Origin: Mobula hypostoma
Lineage: Eukaryota
DNA length: 64,000 nucleotides
Direction of reading: 5' to 3'
Assembly (NCBI RefSeq): GCF_963921235.1
Contig: NC_086106.1
Location: forward strand, 20,026,001 to 20,090,000
Shown here: one piece after another, positions 58,601 to 64,000 of the stretch
Numbering within the stretch: the first letter of the stretch is position 1
Layout of the letters: the number at the start of each line of letters is the position of its first letter
Made by a program: the position numbers and the translations under genes
The notes under the pieces: model-generated
Database searches by the model: none
What the model saw: the letters and a program-made list of their open reading frames with translations, nothing else
Told to the model about the DNA's origin: nothing

Positions 58601-61600
58601 ACATTAAATGAAAATATCGAATAAAAGGTCCCCAAATCTGTTCAAATTTAAATGAAGAATCATAAAGGTTACTTCTAATTTTCTCCAGATTCAAACATAA
58701 AATCGTCTGAGAAAACCAAAAAAAGGTAGTTGGAGCATTAAGCTCTTTCCAATGTTGTAAAATACATCTTTTCGCCATTAAAGTAAGAAATGCAATCATT
58801 CTACGGGCTGAAGGGGAAAGATTACTAGAAATTTTAGGTAGTCCAAAGATAGCAGTAATAGGGTGAGGAGAGATATCTATATTTAATACCTTAGAAATAA
58901 TATTGAAAATATCTCTCCAAAAAGTTTCCAAAGTAGGGCAAGACCAAAACATATGAGTTAAAGAGGCTATCTGCCCCGAACATCTATCACAGAAAGGATT
59001 AATATGCGAGTAAAAACGCGCTAACTTATCTTTGGACATATGTGCTCTATGAACCACTTTAAATTGAATTAGGGAATGTTTAGCACAAATAGAGGAAGTA
59101 TTAACTAATTGTAAAATCTGCCCCCAATCATCCACAGAAATGGTAAGCCCCAATTCCTGTTCCCAATCTACCCTAATCTTATCAAATGGAGCTTTCCTAA
59201 GTTTCATAATAATATTATAAATCATAGCCGATGCACCTTTCTGACATGGATTAAGGTTAATTATCGAATCTAAAATATATATAGGAGGAAGCATTGGAAA
59301 GGAAGAAAGTATAGTACTTAGGAAATTTCTAACTTGTAAATATCTAAAAAAATGTATTCTTGATAAGTTATATTTATTAGATAATTGTTCAAAAGACATA
59401 AGGGAACCATCTAAAAATAAATCCAAAAACCGTAAAATACCCTTAGTCTTCCAAGTTTGAAAAGCGCGATCCGTAAAAGAGGGAGGAAAAAATATGTTAC
59501 CTAAAATAGGAATCGCTAACCCGAATTGATTAAGATCAAAAAATTTTCTGAATTGAAACCAAATACGCAAAGCATATTTAACGATCGGGTTAGAGACCTG
59601 CTCAAGGCGTTTCGAATCAAAAGGAAGAGATGAACCTAAAATAGAACCAAGTGTATAACCCTGAACAGATTGTAATTCCAATGCTACCCATTTAGGAATA
59701 GATAGTATGTCCCGGTCAAGTAACCAAAATTTCATATGTCGAATATTAATAGCCCAATAATAAAATCTAAAGTTAGGTAATGCTAAACCTCCATCTCTCT
59801 TAGCTTTCTGTAAATGTATTTTACCCAGTCTCGGATTCTTATTCTGCCAAATAAATGAAGAAATTTTAGAGTCGACTTTATCAAAAAAAGATTTAGGAAC
59901 AAAAATTGGTAATGCCTGAAACACATATAAAAATTTTGGCAAAAAAAACATCTTAACTGCATTAATACGACCAATCAAAGTTAAATATAAGGGAAACCAT
60001 TTAGATGAAAGTTGAGTAATATGGTCTATTAATGGTAAAAAGTTAGTCTTAAATAAATCTTTATGTTTACAAGTAATTTTAATCCCAAGATATGAAAGAT
60101 AATTATTAATCAATTTAAATGGAAATTTATAATATAAGGGAAGATGTTTATTAATCGGAAAAAGTTCACTCTTACTAAGATTTAATTTATAACCTGAGAA
60201 AAGACCAAATTGTGCTAATAACTCTAAAACAGCAGGAATAGATCTCTCAGGATTAGAAATATATAAAAGTAAATCATCAGCATAGAGTGATAATTTATGG
60301 GACTTTAATCCCCGAGTTATCCCAGTAATATTTGAAGATTCTCGAATAGCAATTGCAAGAGGTTCTAATGCAATATCAAATAATAGGGGACTAAGAGGAC
60401 AGCCTTGTCGAGTACCACGAAAGAGAGGAAAAAAAGGTGAGTTTAAAGAGTTAGTACGAACCGAGGCTACAGGGGAGTGATATAACAGTTTAATCCAGGA
60501 TATAAATTTCAAGCTAAAATTAAACATTTCAAGCACCTTAAATAAATAAGGCCATTCTACTCTATCAAAAGCTTTCTCGGCATCTAAAGAAATAACACAC
60601 TCAGGAACATTTTGTGAGGGAGTATAAACGATATTTAACAATGTACGAATATTATAAAAAGAGTAACGACCTTTAATAAAACCCGTTTGGTCTTCCGAAA
60701 TAATAGAAGGAAGTACTTTTTCTAGTCTATTTGCTAATAACTTAGAAAAAACTTTAGAATCAACATTTAATAAAGATATTGGTCTATAAGATGCACATTG
60801 AGCAGGGTCTTTATCCTTCTTTAGTATTAAAGAAATTGATGCTCTATTAAAAGATTCCGGAAGTTTACCAAGTTTCAAAGAAGCCTCAAAAACTTTATAG
60901 AGCCAAGGAATCAATAAAGAGGCAAAACATTTATAAAATTCAACGGTAAACCCATCAGGGCCAGGAGCTTTCCCCAGATTCATAGAAAAAATAACATTCT
61001 TAATCTCATCCATTGTAATGGAAGTATCTAATAAAGAAGACATATCCTGTGAAATCTGAGGGAAGTCTAACTTATCTAAAAAATCATTCATATATTTAGA
61101 ATCTCGAGGAGACTCTGATTGATATAAAGAAGAATAAAAATCACAAAAGGTTTGATTAATCCCCACATGATCCAATATCAATCGATCATTTTGGTTATAA
61201 ATCTGATTAATTTGAGATTTAACATAATTAGATTTCAATTGATTAGCCAGCAGCTTCCCAATTTTATCACTGTGAACATAAAAATCACTTCTTGTTTTCT
61301 TTAATTGGTTTACAATCGAGGACGAAAGTAGTAAACTGTGTTCCATTTGAAGTTCAGTTCTTTGTTTGTATAGCTCCTCAGAAGGAGCCATAACATATTT
61401 CCCCTTTACTATTCTTAATCTCTACCCAGAAGGACTCAACATTCTGCTCAGTAGATCTTATATTGTCTCACAATCGCCCTGATCTCATCCTTAATTAAGA
61501 GCGCCACCCCACCTCCTTTGCCTTCCTGCCTATCTTTCCATATTACTTGATACCCTTGAATATTTAATTCCCAGTCATCTCCATCTTGCAACCAGGTTTC

Positions 61601-62260
61601 TGTAATGGCCACTAAATCATCTGCCTTGGTACTGATCTGTGCCACAAGTTCACTAACCTTGTTTCTAATACTAAGGGCATTTAGATAAAGTGGATCACTT
61701 CCCTCTTCTTTTCTGTCTTGGTTCCCATCCCCTTGCCATATTAGTTTAAAACCTCCTCAACAGCACTAGCAAACAATCTCCCTAGGACATTGATCCTGGC
61801 CCTGCCCAGATGTAGACCGTCTGGACGGTACTGGTCCCACCTCCCCCAGAAGTAGTTCCAATGCCCCAAGAATCTGAAACCCTCCCTCCTGCCCCACCGC
61901 TCAGGCCACATGTTCATTCTAGCTATCCTGCTATTCCAACTATGGCACTGGTAATAATCCTGCGCTTGTTAACTTTGAGGTCCTACTCTTTAACTCCTAG
62001 CTCCCAAAATTCAGCTTGTAGGACCTCGTCCCACTTTCTTCCTATATCATCAGTACCCACACGCACCACGACAGCTGGCTGCTCACTCTCCCCCTTCAGA
62101 ATGCCCTGCAGCCTCTCGAGACATCTCTGACCATTGCACCAGGCAGGCAGCACACCATACGGAAGTCCCGTTTGCCTCCACAGAAGCTCCTCTCTATTCT
62201 CCTTACCATGGAATCCCCTACCACAACAACTCCGCCACTCTTTTTCTTGTCCTCTTGTGC
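55695..62260 (-). mobile_element. Long CR1 LINE (ORF1 esterase, ORF2 endonuclease and RT, 3' tail) in OXA1L intron 3, split by an L1
   Basis: ORF1 SGNH-esterase motifs VVVGDSMVR, CCLPGA and VVVRVGTDD (61983-62240); endonuclease VAITETWL...GGGVALL (61448-61645) and PTRENAILDLIL..SDH (57834-58172); RT in 56737-57612 and 55924-56727 (KFADDTK); cataagaacataagaa tail at ~55697. Confidence 0.92.
58241..61401 (-). mobile_element. Young 5'-truncated L1-clade LINE
   Basis: Uninterrupted 930-aa ORF2 fragment (58599-61391) with KAPGPDGF, YRPISLLNVD, SLDAEKAFDRV, GTRQGCPLSP, LYADD and a C-terminal CDRC...HMFWSC knuckle. 3' UTR, AATAAA (58264-58269) and poly-A are present. 15-bp TSD CCCTTTACTATTCTT at 58226-58240 and 61402-61416. 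Confidence 0.96.
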
Positions 62261-62550
62261 AGCAAGTACACTTTCCCAATGTCTAATTCCCATTACTCTT
62301 CTGCCTTCCTCCTCAGCACCCTCCCTCTACCACCACAACTCTCACCCACTTCTGTTTCCTGTTCCCCTTCACCTCCACAGTCCTCATGTCCTCCTCCTCC
62401 CCTCCCACCTCCCCCTCCCCATGCCCCTACCCTGCAGCTCCCAGCTCCCATCCCCTCCCCACCACTCCCTCATTCCCTGCTACGCCTCTTCTCGTATTCC
62501 TTGGGTTCTGGATGCGCTCTGGCTGACTCTACCTCTCCCTTTTGCTGCAG

Positions 62551-62694
62551 GGACTGTGCTGGCCCGAACCATGGTCTTCCCGGTCATTGTGAAGGGCCAG
62601 CGGGAAGCTGCCAAGCTCAACAACCACCTCCCAGCCATGACCAAACTCACCAACAAGATGAATGAAGCCAAAGCCAGCGGCAACAAGTTCGAAT
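62551..62694 (+). CDS. OXA1L: OXA1L coding exon 4
   Basis: 144 nt; (G)TVLARTMVFPVIVKGQREAAKLNNHLPAMTKLTNKMNEAKASGNKFE t|gtgagt; includes the conserved TM1 Arg. Confidence 0.93.
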
Positions 62695-63155
62695 GTGAGT
62701 GTCTGCTCGCCTGGCTGCCCCCACGCGCTGGGTCGTGAGCCGGGACCGCCCGCCCATTCCGCTACCTGTGCTTGCTGTCTGTCTGTATCCTATTGAATAG
62801 GCTATTGTGCAGGGAGTAGTTTTGTCCCTAGTACAGTAGGATTGCTGCTGCTTCTCAAATTTCAGGACGTGCCTGAGTCTGTTTGAGGTGGACAGGGCTA
62901 GCAACGAGAGTATAGATTTATTCCATTTGATATTGTCCATATCATGTGATATTGACCCCACCACACCCCGTCCCACTCCACTGCACCTCAACCATCAGAC
63001 CTTCATCTTCGCTCCCCAATGTTTTTTTTTAACCCTTTCGTCTTCTCTCCCACCCACCCCCAATTTCCCCTCCCCTTCATGGTCTCTTGCTCCCCCCCCC
63101 CCGCCCCACCATCTCCTCCCTGTCTACTTCTTTCTCACTCCTCCTTCTCCTTCAG

Positions 63156-63241
63156 TTGCTAAGGCATACTCGGATCTAATGATGTTCCAGAAGAAACACG
63201 ATGTTAACCCTCTCCGGGGCTTCTTGGTGCCTCTGGTCCAG
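63156..63241 (+). CDS. OXA1L: OXA1L coding exon 5 (gene continues beyond the window)
   Basis: 86 nt; (F)AKAYSDLMMFQKKHDVNPLRGFLVPLVQ |gtcagt. Confidence 0.93.
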
Positions 63242-64000
63242 GTCAGTGGCTGTTCCACTGCCATGTGTGAATGAGTGCGGAGGGGTGGGTCTCGGGTGAG
63301 AGGGCGAGGCAGGGTGTAGGGGCGAGATGGGACTGTCCTGATTCTTGTTCCCTGACGTTGGCAGGAGAGTGTTTTGATGATGGGCCCAGGGTCAGAGGAG
63401 ATGGATCGTGTCTGAGATGGACCAGTGGGTGAGGTGTTGGAGACAGATTGGGTGGGGGAAGGACATTTGTGGGAATGGGCCGGAGTGAGGGGGGTGGGGG
63501 AGAGTTTTGGGGAAGGACGGGAGTGAACAGGTGTGGGGTGGGGGTGGGGCACACACCAGAGGGAGGGGGGATGGTGTTGGAGTCAGAACAGTGAGAAGGT
63601 ATGGGGAAGTTGTTGGGAACGACTGGAATGAGGGGATGTGGGTGCTGGGGACAGACCGGGTGCATAGGTGTGGGGGATGTTGTTGAGGTTGGGCGTTGGG
63701 GATGAACTGGAGTGAGGGGGGGTGGGGATGGGTGTTGAAACAGATTGGATAAGGGGGGGTTCGGAGGGTGTGTGTCAGAGATGGACCTGTATGAGAGAGT
63801 TGGGCAGGGTGGGTGTTGGGGACGGACCAGATTGAAGGCATGGGGAGGAGGCTGTTGGGGTGAACTAGAATGGGTTGAGTGGGTGTGGGGGGCTGACTGG
63901 AGACCGAAAAGGAGAGGGCAAGTTGCCGGTTATGGGCCAGAGTGAGATTTGGCGGGAGGCAGAAGTTGTTGGGGATAGATTGGAATGAGAGGTTAGCTGG

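Noticed and set aside
58599-61391. 930-aa ORF as a host gene or autonomous element
   Set aside because: It is a 5'-truncated L1 ORF2 lacking the endonuclease, ORF1 and promoter; the Met is internal.

Overview
Eukaryotic, intron-rich vertebrate DNA. It is most likely from a cartilaginous fish (shark/ray), inferred from the dominance of CR1 LINEs, V-SINEs, Penelope-like and Rex1/Babar elements. Three spliced protein-coding genes are supported by GT-AG exons that join in frame. MRPL52 lies on the minus strand, with two coding exons at 8531-8622 and 6414-6481; its 3' exons were not found and probably lie left of the window. SLC7A7/y+LAT1 is complete on the plus strand (9 coding exons, 31544-46978, 519 aa). 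The first five coding exons of OXA1L follow on the plus strand (53992-63241) and the gene runs off the right edge. The rest is retroelement debris, a ~7 kb polypurine array with higher-order duplications (10100-17140), minisatellites and a 144-N gap. The most notable observations are: a Penelope-like inverted repeat in an MRPL52 intron with two intact minimal hammerhead-ribozyme cores; a very young L1 (930-codon open ORF2 fragment, poly-A, 15-bp TSD, TT/AA nick) nested in a CR1 inside OXA1L intron 3; a 13-aa coding tandem repeat in OXA1L; an overlapping uORF on SLC7A7; and OXA1L oriented opposite to the human arrangement. I found no convincing wholly new biological system. There is no CRISPR array, rRNA or tRNA gene. 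Repeat boundaries are approximate and were read by eye; comparisons to human proteins are from memory.
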